Positions 1 to 9,057 of a DNA stretch of 64,000 bases are shown here, one piece after another. The notes below the pieces were generated by a model. It made no database searches and was not told where the DNA came from. It saw only the letters and a list, made by a program, of their open reading frames with translations. Origin of the DNA: Mollicutes bacterium (GTDB taxonomy: Bacteria; Bacillota_I; Bacilli_A; Izemoplasmatales; Izemoplasmataceae); contig PWFC01000016.1 of assembly GCA_003554025.1 (NCBI GenBank), forward strand, positions 22,129 to 86,128, in the 5' to 3' direction. Numbering within the stretch: the first letter of the stretch is position 1; each line of letters opens with the position of its first letter. Position numbers and translations under genes: made by a program.

Positions 1-463
1 CTTGTGGCGTTTGCATACGACAAACGCCTTCACGGTCGATGTTTTCCACGATTATTCCGGCTTGCACACGTTTTAGGGTGTCGGATACGGCCACAGCCGG
101 AGACACGGCTTGACTATCGGCCATCGCCTTTTTAAGACGCTTCATGGTTTCATGGCCGATAAACGGTCGCGCGCCGTCATGAATCATAACATAAGAGCTA
201 TCGACATGTTTCAGGGCATTACGAACGCTTTCTTCGCGGGTTTGGCCGCCAATTACGATTTTGTCTGCGTTGAAGCTTTGACGGATGCGCGTTTCCTCGT
301 TCGGATGCACCACCAAAACAATGCGTTCGCAGTGTTCGTCGTTTGAAAACCAAGACAGCGCTCTTTGAAGCACGCTCCTACCCGCTAGTTGAATAAAGAC
401 CTTGTTTACGCCCTTTCCCATGCGTGTCGACTCTCCGGCGGCCAATACGATGGCGCTATACAT
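1..463 (-). CDS. ispD: 2-C-methyl-D-erythritol 4-phosphate cytidylyltransferase (partial; C-terminus cut by window edge)
   Basis: Minus-strand translation from about 463 reads MYSAIVLAAGESTRMG...VMIHDGARPF, the IspD P-loop-like AAGxxxRMG and HDGARP motifs. The frame runs off the window start. Confidence 0.8.
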   Translation of the reverse strand, partial: MYSAIVLAAGESTRMGKGVNKVFIQLAGRSVLQRALSWFSNDEHCERIVLVVHPNEETRIRQSFNADKIVIGGQTREESVRNALKHVDSSYVMIHDGARPFIGHETMKRLKKAMADSQAVSPAVAVSDTLKRVQAGIIVENIDREGVCRMQTPQ

Positions 464-1007
464 CTTCGTGCGGACTTTCATAAACTTGGTTGTCGGTGAC
501 AAGCATGTCCACCGGGATGTCGTGCTCGCGAGAAGGCAGCGCCTCCATGCGGAAACGCTCGAAACACACGCCTACGGAGAGCCCTTTGTAGTCCCGCAAG
601 AAATCGTCGTAAAATCCTTTCCCGTACCCAAGACGATACAAAGCGTAATCGTAGACAAGCCCGGGAACAATGACGGCGTCGAGGTCGTCTTTGTCGATGG
701 TTTCATCGCTTTTTGGTTCGAAAGTACCCATTGGGCCCTCTTCGAACTCTCCCGTGTCTTTATAAAAGACGATGCGGCCGTCTTCGATCTTTGGATAATA
801 CAGCTCATAAACTTCTTGAAGCGCTCGTACGTCCACTTCGCCGCGAATGGGATAATAAACGCCCAAGCGTTTGATGTTGTGCTCAAAGAGAACTTCCTTT
901 AAGCTTTCCATCAACATGAAATTGAGCATTTTATGCATGCGCGGCTCTATGTTGTCGCGCTCGTTTTGAAACAGTTTTCTCAATGTTTTCTTGTCCATAT
1001 TCATCAC
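456..1007 (-). CDS. 5-formyltetrahydrofolate cyclo-ligase (MTHFS)
   Basis: 183 aa. It carries the GYGKGFYD motif and overall MTHFS/YgfA-family similarity. It is the length expected for this family. Confidence 0.8.
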   Translation of the reverse strand: MMNMDKKTLRKLFQNERDNIEPRMHKMLNFMLMESLKEVLFEHNIKRLGVYYPIRGEVDVRALQEVYELYYPKIEDGRIVFYKDTGEFEEGPMGTFEPKSDETIDKDDLDAVIVPGLVYDYALYRLGYGKGFYDDFLRDYKGLSVGVCFERFRMEALPSREHDIPVDMLVTDNQVYESPHEDV

Positions 1008-1010
1008 CTG

Positions 1011-2162
1011 CTATTTGATTATGAAATAGTTTTCGGGAGTGTTGTCGTCAAGTGCAATGTTCAAGGCTTTCTGCCCGCGTCCTAAAATCTCGTCAACGGG
1101 TTCGTCGAAATAATCGATATATTGAATGCCGAAATATGGATAAACGCTTTCCTTGACCTCGCCGAAGGTCATGGAAAAATTGACGAGTTCTCCGCCTTGT
1201 TCAAGAGCTCGTTTCAACATCTCGTATTTCCTGTGGTCGCGGATGACCATCGCAAAACGGATGCCGCTCAAACGGAAAATGGCTTCGCTGTCCTTTAAGA
1301 AGTGGTAAACGAGCTTGTTGAGGAACTTCCCCATCATCAAATCGCCGATGTCCCGGCCATAGTTTTCGTTGATGCGCGGGATGTTGGAAAGCTCAAAGAG
1401 CACCAAGGTGTAAGGTTCACGGCTGCGGTTGTACTTTTGCAAGGCTTCCAGAAGTGCCTGGTCGATGCTCAAACGGTTCAAAAGGTCCACGTCGGTCTTG
1501 GGGTAACGGCGAACATCCAACCCTCGTACAATCGCAATGTACATCGTGCGCTTTTCGTAATCCATTCTGACGCCGTTTTCTTTCACCCACTCATAGACAC
1601 CATGCTTTTTCACGCGATAGTGGGTTTGATATTCTGGTTTCTTTTTCGAGCACTTGGAAACGGCTTCGTCATACGCCCGGCGATCATCCGGATGCAAATG
1701 TCCGAGGAAGTCTTCATAGGAAAATTCGTGCTCTTCAATGCCGGTCACAGAAAGCATTTTTTCCGTCCCGAACATGCGGTTGTCTTCGGTGCGGAACATC
1801 ACACCCTCGTCAAACAGATCCAACATGGTGATAAAGCGTCTACGCAAAAGTTCGGAACGATCTTTGAGTTCATCGTGTTCTTTTTGCAGGCTTTTAAGCT
1901 TTTCTTTGGTTTTGTCGCTTTGGGACAAAGCCTTGATGTCGAACATCAATACCGTGTACAAAAAGCCCGCGTAAAAGAAAATTTCCAAGTATTCCAAGGG
2001 TAGCTCCGCCATCTCAAGCCGATGGAACACCACGTAAGCGCCGAAAGCGACCACGAACAAAAAAAGATCAAAGTCGCCTTTTTTGGCTTTCGTCTTCTTC
2101 AAAAACAACAATAGAAACCATACGGCAAACAGTATCACGAAACGGTCAAACCATTCCCACAT
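1011..2162 (-). CDS. membrane-anchored PAS-domain protein with degenerate GGDEF domain
   Basis: 383 aa. The N-terminus has 2-3 hydrophobic helices, followed by a coiled-coil, a PAS-like segment, then a GGDEF-fold C-terminus (…ELSNIPRINENYGRDIGD…RLSGIRFAMV). The GG[DE]EF motif is replaced by SGIRF, so it is predicted catalytically inactive. Confidence 0.6.
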   Translation of the reverse strand: MWEWFDRFVILFAVWFLLLFLKKTKAKKGDFDLFLFVVAFGAYVVFHRLEMAELPLEYLEIFFYAGFLYTVLMFDIKALSQSDKTKEKLKSLQKEHDELKDRSELLRRRFITMLDLFDEGVMFRTEDNRMFGTEKMLSVTGIEEHEFSYEDFLGHLHPDDRRAYDEAVSKCSKKKPEYQTHYRVKKHGVYEWVKENGVRMDYEKRTMYIAIVRGLDVRRYPKTDVDLLNRLSIDQALLEALQKYNRSREPYTLVLFELSNIPRINENYGRDIGDLMMGKFLNKLVYHFLKDSEAIFRLSGIRFAMVIRDHRKYEMLKRALEQGGELVNFSMTFGEVKESVYPYFGIQYIDYFDEPVDEILGRGQKALNIALDDNTPENYFIIK

Positions 2163-2198
2163 AGCGACGCATCCTTTTCATTGACGTTGTTTGGCCCA

Positions 2199-2939
2199 TC
2201 AATTCTGCAAATACCTTTCCAAATACAAAATCAAAGACTCCTTGGATATGTCTTGGTCGAGATACCCTTCAATCGCGACGCTGATTTCTCCTGTTTGTTC
2301 GCTGACAACGATTGTGAACGAGTCGGTTTTTTCACTAATGCCAATGGCGGCACGGTGGCGGGAACCCAAATATTTGGGGACTTTGGCATGGTCGCTTGAA
2401 GGGAAATAAGCGCCAGCGCTCTTTATGACATTTTCTTTGATGATGACCGCTCCATCGTGCAAAGGGGTATTCGGTATGAAAATGCTTGAAAGCAACTCGC
2501 TTGTAAGCGGTGCGTCGATCACAAACGAATGCTTGATGTATTCGTCTAACGAATCGGACCGCTCAAACGTTATCAAAGCGCCGATTTTATGACGAGAGAG
2601 GTAGTTTACGCTGTGAAGCAGTTCATCTTTGACGTCGTCTTCAATGGCGTTAGAAACCAAAAGACCGCTTTTGACTCCAATGAGAATGAGCAAGTCTTTG
2701 AACTCTTGTTTGATCGCATAAAAGAGAATCAACAACAACGTTGCTCCCTGCAACGCAAAAAGCGACCAAGAATGAACACTCAAGGAGCCCGCAAAAACGC
2801 GCACGAAAAAATACACGACGAAAAGCGCGGTTAAAAACCGGAAAGCCCTATGAACATGCGCATGCACATATGGTTTTGACAATAAGACAACGATGGCAAA
2901 CAAATAAATTTGTGCCAATAGGGTTTCGATGGGTTCCAT
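2199..2939 (-). CDS. cdaA: diadenylate cyclase CdaA (c-di-AMP synthase)
   Basis: Three N-terminal TM helices plus DAC/DisA_N motifs LHDGAVII and GSRHRAAIGISE. The start is chosen at MEPIETLL, the second Met of ORF 2199-2969. Confidence 0.85.
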   Translation of the reverse strand: MEPIETLLAQIYLFAIVVLLSKPYVHAHVHRAFRFLTALFVVYFFVRVFAGSLSVHSWSLFALQGATLLLILFYAIKQEFKDLLILIGVKSGLLVSNAIEDDVKDELLHSVNYLSRHKIGALITFERSDSLDEYIKHSFVIDAPLTSELLSSIFIPNTPLHDGAVIIKENVIKSAGAYFPSSDHAKVPKYLGSRHRAAIGISEKTDSFTIVVSEQTGEISVAIEGYLDQDISKESLILYLERYLQN

Positions 2940-3176
2940 GCCTTCACCCCGCTTTCTGCAAAATGGCAATTCACACCGTTGATTATAACATAAACGGTGA
3001 GTTTACGTAACGAAATCGGAATACGAAACAAAAAACATGTTTGGAAAAAAATTAATCCATAGTTCTTCCTTTCATGCTCTAATTTCACAAAAGATAGAAA
3101 AAATCAAGGCTTCACAAGAGACTTTCTAATTAGTAAAATTATATGATACACTCACCATAAAATCGGAGGGTCGCAT

Positions 3177-5705
3177 ATGACAAATTATGATTCGGTCCTA
3201 ATTGAACGTTTAAACAGGGATATTCGGAAACATTTCCCTCATTTAAGCCCTGTCACGGGCTCCATGGAGAAATCGTTCTCGGGTGTTTCGAGACTGGTCA
3301 TGCTCGACCGTTACAGCCAAAAAGACTTGAACCTCAAGACTTTGCGCGAAGGGGATATTGTCCTGACCATCGTACGCGACGACCCGAAATTTCCAGCCCG
3401 GGGCGTAGGCACTATCGAAAGCATTGATGAAGATGAAGTCCGAATCAAAGTGGACTCGGACTATCTTGCCAACACCGAAGACGCCGATAAAGAAGGATGT
3501 GTAAAGCGGCCGAAACGACAAATCGACAAGCCTCTGGAACTTTACTTTGAACAAATCGCCAAACGAATTTCAGGCCATCTCGGCGAAGACGAAAGCGAAG
3601 AAATTCGTCAAAAGTTTTACGAAGAAGTGTCGAGCTTGAACCTAGTCCCTGCGGGTCGAATCCTCTTCGGTGCCGGGTCCAAAACCGAAGTCACCTTCTT
3701 CAACTGTTTCGTCATGCCTTTTATGCACGATTCACGAGAAGGAATCAGCGACCATCGCAAGCAAGTCATGGAAATAATGTCCCGCGGCGGAGGCGTTGGC
3801 ACCAACGGCAGCACCTTGCGTCCGAAAAACGCACTCGCCAAAGGCGTAAACGGCAAATCTAGCGGTGCGGTGAGCTGGTTGAACGACCTTTCCGAACTGA
3901 CGCATCTTGTCGAACAAGGCGGCTCCCGCCGCGGCGCGCAAATGATTATGCTCGCCGATTGGCACCCCGACATTGTCGAATTCATCGTATCCAAAATGCA
4001 AAACCCGAAAATCCTTCAATTCCTCATCGACACCATCGACGACCCCCTAGTCAAAAAAGCCGCCAAAAACAAACTGAAATTCATTCCCTTGAGCGAAGAA
4101 GAAATCGAAATCAACGAATACATCTTAGAACAAGCCAAAAAAGACGAAAACCGTTTCTCCAAACGTATCGTCGATAAAGCGTTCGAACGCCTCAACAAAG
4201 GCGGTCACTATGAAGTGCACGACGAAGAGTTCCTCTCGGGGGCCAACATCTCCGTCGCCATCACCAAAGATTTCATGCAAGCCGTCGAAAACGACGATTA
4301 TTATCCGCTTCGTTTCCCCGACATCGACAACTATACCGGCGAAAACAAACGCATCTACAACGAGAAATGGCAAGAGATCGGCGACGTGCGCGAGTGGCAA
4401 AACATGGGCTTGCCCGTCAAAACCCACTATAAAATCCGCGCCAAAGACCTATGGAACCTCATAAACATTTGCGCGACCTATTCCGCAGAACCGGGCATCT
4501 TTTTCATCGACAACGCCAACGCAGAAACCAACGCCGTAGGTTACGACCAAAAAGTCGTGTGCACAAACCCTTGCGGCGAACAACCGCTCGCCCCGTACTC
4601 TGTTTGCAACCTCGCCGCCCTGAACCTCTCCAACATGGTGGACCACAAGACCAAAGATGTGAATTATAAGAAACTAGGCAACACCATAGAAACGGCTGTC
4701 AGGCTTCAAGACAACGTCATCGACAAAACCCACTACTTCTTGGAAGAAAACGAAAACCAAGCCCTAGGCGAACGCAGAATCGGTCTTGGCGTCATGGGAC
4801 TCCACGATTTGCTGATTTGGTGCAACCGCCGTTACGGCGCCAAAGACGGTCTAGCATTCATCGACAAACTTTTTGGATTCATCGCCAAAAAAGCCTACGA
4901 AACCAGTATCGAACTCGCAAAAGAGAAAGGGTCCTTCCCGTTTTTAAAAACCCAAGAGAACCGCGAGAAGTTCGTCCAAAGCGGCTATATGCAAAAAATG
5001 ACGGAAAGTTTGCGGAGCCAAGTGCTTCAACACGGCATACGCAACTCGCACTTGCTCACCATCGCCCCGACCGGCTCCACAGGCACCATGGTCGGAGTTT
5101 CCACAGGGCTTGAGCCGTACTTCGCCTTTTCGTATTTCCGCAGCGGACGTCTTGGCAAGTTTATCGAGGTCAACGCCCCCATTGTGAACGATTATTTAAA
5201 AGCCTATCCTGGATACGACGCCGACAATCTTCCCGATATTTTCGTCAGTGCCATGGATTTAAGTCCTGAAGAACACGTCGACGTTCAGTGCACCATTCAA
5301 AAATGGGTCGATTCTTCCATCTCCAAAACCGTCAACGCCCCCGAAGGATACAGCGTTGAAGAAGTCGAGCAGGTCTACCGCCGACTCTATTACGGCGGTG
5401 CAAAAGGCGGAACGGTTTACGTCGACGGTTCCCGAGACGCCCAAGTCTTAACTCTCACACGAGACGACAAAGACAGCAAACCGAAACAAGTCGACATCAA
5501 GGACATGGGCCTTGAGGTCGAAGAAAAACCCAAAAAAACCAAAAAAGAACCAAAGACCAAGGGCTTAAGAAGCGACCGGCAGGACCGAAACATCGGCATC
5601 GAAGCCGGCGACATTTGCCCAATCTGCTTAGAAGGAACGGTCGAAGACCTTGGCGGATGCCACACTTGCACAAATTGCAACGCCCAACTTAAATGCGGAC
5701 TCTAA
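3177..5705 (+). CDS. nrdJ: adenosylcobalamin-dependent (class II) ribonucleotide reductase
   Basis: 842 aa with the RNR active-site NPCGEQPL motif and a C-terminal Cys-rich tail (CPICLEG…CHTCTNC). The length fits class II NrdJ. Confidence 0.8.
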   Translation: MTNYDSVLIERLNRDIRKHFPHLSPVTGSMEKSFSGVSRLVMLDRYSQKDLNLKTLREGDIVLTIVRDDPKFPARGVGTIESIDEDEVRIKVDSDYLANTEDADKEGCVKRPKRQIDKPLELYFEQIAKRISGHLGEDESEEIRQKFYEEVSSLNLVPAGRILFGAGSKTEVTFFNCFVMPFMHDSREGISDHRKQVMEIMSRGGGVGTNGSTLRPKNALAKGVNGKSSGAVSWLNDLSELTHLVEQGGSRRGAQMIMLADWHPDIVEFIVSKMQNPKILQFLIDTIDDPLVKKAAKNKLKFIPLSEEEIEINEYILEQAKKDENRFSKRIVDKAFERLNKGGHYEVHDEEFLSGANISVAITKDFMQAVENDDYYPLRFPDIDNYTGENKRIYNEKWQEIGDVREWQNMGLPVKTHYKIRAKDLWNLINICATYSAEPGIFFIDNANAETNAVGYDQKVVCTNPCGEQPLAPYSVCNLAALNLSNMVDHKTKDVNYKKLGNTIETAVRLQDNVIDKTHYFLEENENQALGERRIGLGVMGLHDLLIWCNRRYGAKDGLAFIDKLFGFIAKKAYETSIELAKEKGSFPFLKTQENREKFVQSGYMQKMTESLRSQVLQHGIRNSHLLTIAPTGSTGTMVGVSTGLEPYFAFSYFRSGRLGKFIEVNAPIVNDYLKAYPGYDADNLPDIFVSAMDLSPEEHVDVQCTIQKWVDSSISKTVNAPEGYSVEEVEQVYRRLYYGGAKGGTVYVDGSRDAQVLTLTRDDKDSKPKQVDIKDMGLEVEEKPKKTKKEPKTKGLRSDRQDRNIGIEAGDICPICLEGTVEDLGGCHTCTNCNAQLKCGL

Positions 5706-5707
5706 AA

Positions 5708-5731
5708 AAGGCGCTCAAGCGCCTTTTTTCT
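5708..5731 (+). terminator. rho-independent terminator after nrdJ
   Basis: GGCGC-TCAA-GCGCC hairpin followed by TTTTTTC. Confidence 0.7.
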
Positions 5732-5776
5732 TTATGGAAATGGCAAAACATGATACACTGAACATGAGGTGATGCT

Positions 5777-7018
5777 ATGAGAACAGCGTTTGTCGTCGGC
5801 ATCGACCGATACAAACCGGAAATGATCCACTACTATCTCGATGAACTGAAAAACCTCGCTTTTTCCTTGAACATCGACGTTGTAGACTCGTTTACCCAAC
5901 CATCCAGACAAACGACGCCGGCTTATAAAGTCGGTGAGGGCAAGCTGCAGGAAATCAAGAAAGCTGTTGAACGCAAAAACGTCGATTATGTGATTTTCGA
6001 CGAAGAACTCACCAATTCTCAAATCCGAAACCTTGAAGAAGTTTTGGACGTTGCGGTAATCGACCGCACCCTGCTCATCTTGGAAACCTTTACGAAACGA
6101 GCCAAGACCAAAGAAGCCATGTTGCAAGTCGAAATCGCCCAGCTGAAATATTTAAAACCGCGCTTGAGCGCCATGCGCAGTTCGTTTGAACAACAACAAG
6201 GCGGAATCGGACAGCGGGGCCCGGGTGAGAAGAAACTTGAACTCGACCGCCGAAAAATCGAACGCGACATCAAAAAACAGGAAAAAGCGTTGAAAAATAT
6301 TGTCAGAGTTCGCCAGACCAACCGCAACAAGCGACGCAAATCCCTCATCAAAAACGTTGCCATCGTCGGATACACCAACGCCGGAAAAAGCACGCTGATG
6401 AACACCTTGTTGAAAGCCAGCAAAAACGGCGAAGGGAAAGACGCCTCCGTGAAGGACCAGCTGTTCGCGACCTTAGAGACCTCCACAAGACAGATTCAGT
6501 TCAAAGACAAGAAGGCGTTTACTTTGACCGATACCATTGGTTTTTTGTCCAAACTGCCGCATGAATTGGTCGAATCTTTCAAAGCGACTTTAGAAGAAAT
6601 CAAAGAGGCGGACCTCCTTTTACATGTTGTGGATTTTGCCCACCCTTACTATCTCGATCAAATTCAAACAACAGAATCCGTCTTAAAAGAACTAGGCGCC
6701 GACGAAATTGAAACGTTATACGTTTTCAACAAAATCGATTTGACCAACAACATCCTTCCCCCTTCTTATTCCCCCGCTGTCAAAGTTTCTCTCAAAGACG
6801 GCACAAACATCGACACATTAATCGAAACGTTAAACGACAAGCTCTTCAAGGACGATACCATCGTCGTGTACGCCATTCCTCAAAAAGACGGAAACATCAT
6901 CCATATGTTGAACGAATATGCGGAAATACTGCACAAGGACTATGAAAACAGCGTCGTACGAATCAAAGCCAAAGTCTCCCGTCCTATCAAAGAGCGCTTA
7001 AAAGCCTATGAGATTTGA
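5777..7018 (+). CDS. hflX: GTPase HflX
   Basis: 413 aa. It has an N-terminal HflX domain and a G1 motif GYTNAGKST, with overall HflX similarity. Confidence 0.85.
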   Translation: MRTAFVVGIDRYKPEMIHYYLDELKNLAFSLNIDVVDSFTQPSRQTTPAYKVGEGKLQEIKKAVERKNVDYVIFDEELTNSQIRNLEEVLDVAVIDRTLLILETFTKRAKTKEAMLQVEIAQLKYLKPRLSAMRSSFEQQQGGIGQRGPGEKKLELDRRKIERDIKKQEKALKNIVRVRQTNRNKRRKSLIKNVAIVGYTNAGKSTLMNTLLKASKNGEGKDASVKDQLFATLETSTRQIQFKDKKAFTLTDTIGFLSKLPHELVESFKATLEEIKEADLLLHVVDFAHPYYLDQIQTTESVLKELGADEIETLYVFNKIDLTNNILPPSYSPAVKVSLKDGTNIDTLIETLNDKLFKDDTIVVYAIPQKDGNIIHMLNEYAEILHKDYENSVVRIKAKVSRPIKERLKAYEI

Positions 7019-7048
7019 AAAACGATACGCGCAAACGTATCGTTTTTT
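7019..7048. terminator. bidirectional terminator between hflX and dusB
   Basis: AACGATACG-CGCAA-CGTATCGTT hairpin followed by a T-run. Confidence 0.7.
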
Positions 7049-7059
7049 TAGTCGCAATC

Positions 7060-8028
7060 TTAAAACGATTCCAAATATCGATCCAACAAACCGAAAAGTT
7101 CTTCCCTCGTATGGACCTTAACGATTTTCCGCTTTAACGCGGCGCTGTGTTTGAGCCCTTTTAAGTACCAAGGTGCGTGCGAACGCATTTCCAAAACCGC
7201 TCGTTTTTCACTCATTTCAAGGCAAAGAAGTTCCGTATGCCTTTTGATCATCTCGATGATTTCTTGCGGAGTGGGCATCGGACCGTAAGAACCGGTTTTC
7301 AAATAGTCGACGGTATGCTTGATCAGCCAAGGGTTGCCTCGCAATCCTCGTCCGATCATCACCGCGTCCACTCCCGTTGTTTCAAGCATTCGTTGCGCAT
7401 CTTCCGGTGTCTCGACGTCGCCGTTTCCTATCACAGGTATTTTCACATTTTGTTTAACTTGCTTGATGATGGAATAATCGGCCCGCCCTTTGTACATTTG
7501 GGTTTTCGTACGGCCATGGACAGTGATCGCCGATGCGCCGGCCTCTTCGCAAATTTTGGCGATTTCCACAGCGTTGATGGTGTTTTTGTCCCATCCTGAA
7601 CGGATTTTTACCGTCACAGGCTTGTCCGTCGCTTCAACCATGGTGCGGACAAGCTCGCGCAAGAGTTCGGGGGTTTTCATCAAAGCGGCGCCCGCACCGT
7701 GCTTCACGACTTTGGGCACCGGGCACCCGGCGTTCAAATCGATGATGCCGCAACCGCTGTGGAGGTCGACATATTTCGTGGCATGCTGCATCGCCTTGAC
7801 ATCGTTGCCAAACAATTGCAAAACGGTTGTCTTTTCTCCCCGAGGAACCTTCGTCATGCGCAAAGTTCTTGCATTGGCGTGTTCGATCCCCTTATCGCTG
7901 ACCATTTCCGTATAAATGAGTCCCGCCCCAAAAGATTGACATATCGACCGGAAAGCAGGGTTTGTAATGCCCGCCATGGGCGCGACCACTACGGGGTTTT
8001 CAATGGTGATGTCGCCGATTTTAAACAT
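7060..8028 (-). CDS. dusB: tRNA-dihydrouridine synthase
   Basis: 322 aa. FMN-binding TIM-barrel Dus family (VVVAPMAGITN…NGCP…). Confidence 0.85.
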   Translation of the reverse strand: MFKIGDITIENPVVVAPMAGITNPAFRSICQSFGAGLIYTEMVSDKGIEHANARTLRMTKVPRGEKTTVLQLFGNDVKAMQHATKYVDLHSGCGIIDLNAGCPVPKVVKHGAGAALMKTPELLRELVRTMVEATDKPVTVKIRSGWDKNTINAVEIAKICEEAGASAITVHGRTKTQMYKGRADYSIIKQVKQNVKIPVIGNGDVETPEDAQRMLETTGVDAVMIGRGLRGNPWLIKHTVDYLKTGSYGPMPTPQEIIEMIKRHTELLCLEMSEKRAVLEMRSHAPWYLKGLKHSAALKRKIVKVHTREELFGLLDRYLESF

Positions 8029-8120
8029 ATTCTCACCTCATAAATCACACTTATTGTGCCACAAAAGAACTTCCGGCGCAACTGTTTTTCTTTGGCTGCA
8101 AACATGCTATAATAAGCGCG

Positions 8121-9008
8121 GTGATAAAGATGAAAGACTATCTGGCAAAAGCGTACGCCTTTGAAGGCACCGTGCGGATTTACGCCGCACGCACAACAAC
8201 TTTGGTGTATGAAGCGCAGCAAATCCACGACCTTTGGCCGACGGCGACCGTCGCCTTGGGCCGTTTATTGACGGGCAGCGTCATCATGGGCGCAATGTAT
8301 CAAGACGACCAGGAACTCACAATCCGCGTCGATTCCGACGGCCCCATCGACGGGATGGTCGCCACCACCAACGCCCAAGGGGGCGTGCGAGGCTATGTTG
8401 GAAATCCGCACGTGTTCATGCAAAGCGAAACGCAAAGCCTGCCTATCGCCCAAGCCATAGGCAATGGGAAGTTGCATGTGACAAAGGACTTGAAAGTCCG
8501 CGACATTTTTACGGGAAGCGTCGATTTGACCAGCGGTGAAATCGCCGAAGATTTCGCATACTATTTTACCGCCAGCGAGCAAATCCCTTCCGCCGTGGCA
8601 CTTGGCGTAAGCGTTGATGAGGACAATACGGTTCTCCATGCGGGCGGTTTCATCTTGCAACGCATGCCCGGCTGCAAAGAAGAGACCGTCAAGGAAATCG
8701 AAAATCGCCTGAACCATTTGCCCGCCGTTTCGGAAATGCTTAAGAAAGGCTACACCCCCGAAGACATCATTCGAGAAATCGCCCGCGAAGACCATCAGAT
8801 GCTCCATACGATGGACCTCGCCTACCATTGCGATTGCAATCGAGAGAAGTTCGAACAGGGGTTGCTTTCCTTGGGCAAAGCCCAACTAAAAGAACTGCTT
8901 GAAAAAGACGGAGGCATTGAGACGGTGTGCCACTTTTGCATGACGAAATACCAATTCGACAAAAATCAGGTGCGTCGCCTAATCGAAATCTCAGGAAAAC
9001 AACCATAA
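8121..9008 (+). CDS. hslO: redox-regulated chaperone Hsp33
   Basis: 295 aa with a C-terminal Zn centre CDC…CHFC, and Hsp33 family similarity. Confidence 0.85.
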   Translation: MIKMKDYLAKAYAFEGTVRIYAARTTTLVYEAQQIHDLWPTATVALGRLLTGSVIMGAMYQDDQELTIRVDSDGPIDGMVATTNAQGGVRGYVGNPHVFMQSETQSLPIAQAIGNGKLHVTKDLKVRDIFTGSVDLTSGEIAEDFAYYFTASEQIPSAVALGVSVDEDNTVLHAGGFILQRMPGCKEETVKEIENRLNHLPAVSEMLKKGYTPEDIIREIAREDHQMLHTMDLAYHCDCNREKFEQGLLSLGKAQLKELLEKDGGIETVCHFCMTKYQFDKNQVRRLIEISGKQP

Positions 9009-9011
9009 GAA

Positions 9012-9057
9012 AAAGCCTTCCATTCGCGTCTTTCGAGCGAATCGGAAGGCTTTTTTT
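9012..9057. terminator. bidirectional terminator between hslO and glyA
   Basis: Long imperfect hairpin AGCCTTCCATTCGC…GCGAATCGGAAGGCT followed by a T-run. Confidence 0.7.

Noticed and set aside
110-346. 78-aa + strand ORF at the window start
   Set aside because: It is embedded antisense within ispD, which has clear family motifs on the minus strand.
1302-2003. 233-aa ORF on the + strand, antisense to the PAS/GGDEF gene
   Set aside because: It lies entirely inside a well-supported minus-strand CDS. It is low-complexity and has no recognisable domain or RBS. It looks like a typical antisense frame artefact.
2970-3176. Possible cobalamin riboswitch or NrdR box upstream of nrdJ
   Set aside because: I could not find a B12-box (consensus …GCCACTG…) or a 16-bp NrdR palindrome by eye. 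Only loose direct repeats are present, reported as a low-interest finding.
8265-8885. 206-aa minus-strand ORF inside hslO
   Set aside because: It is antisense to Hsp33. It has no domain or start context.
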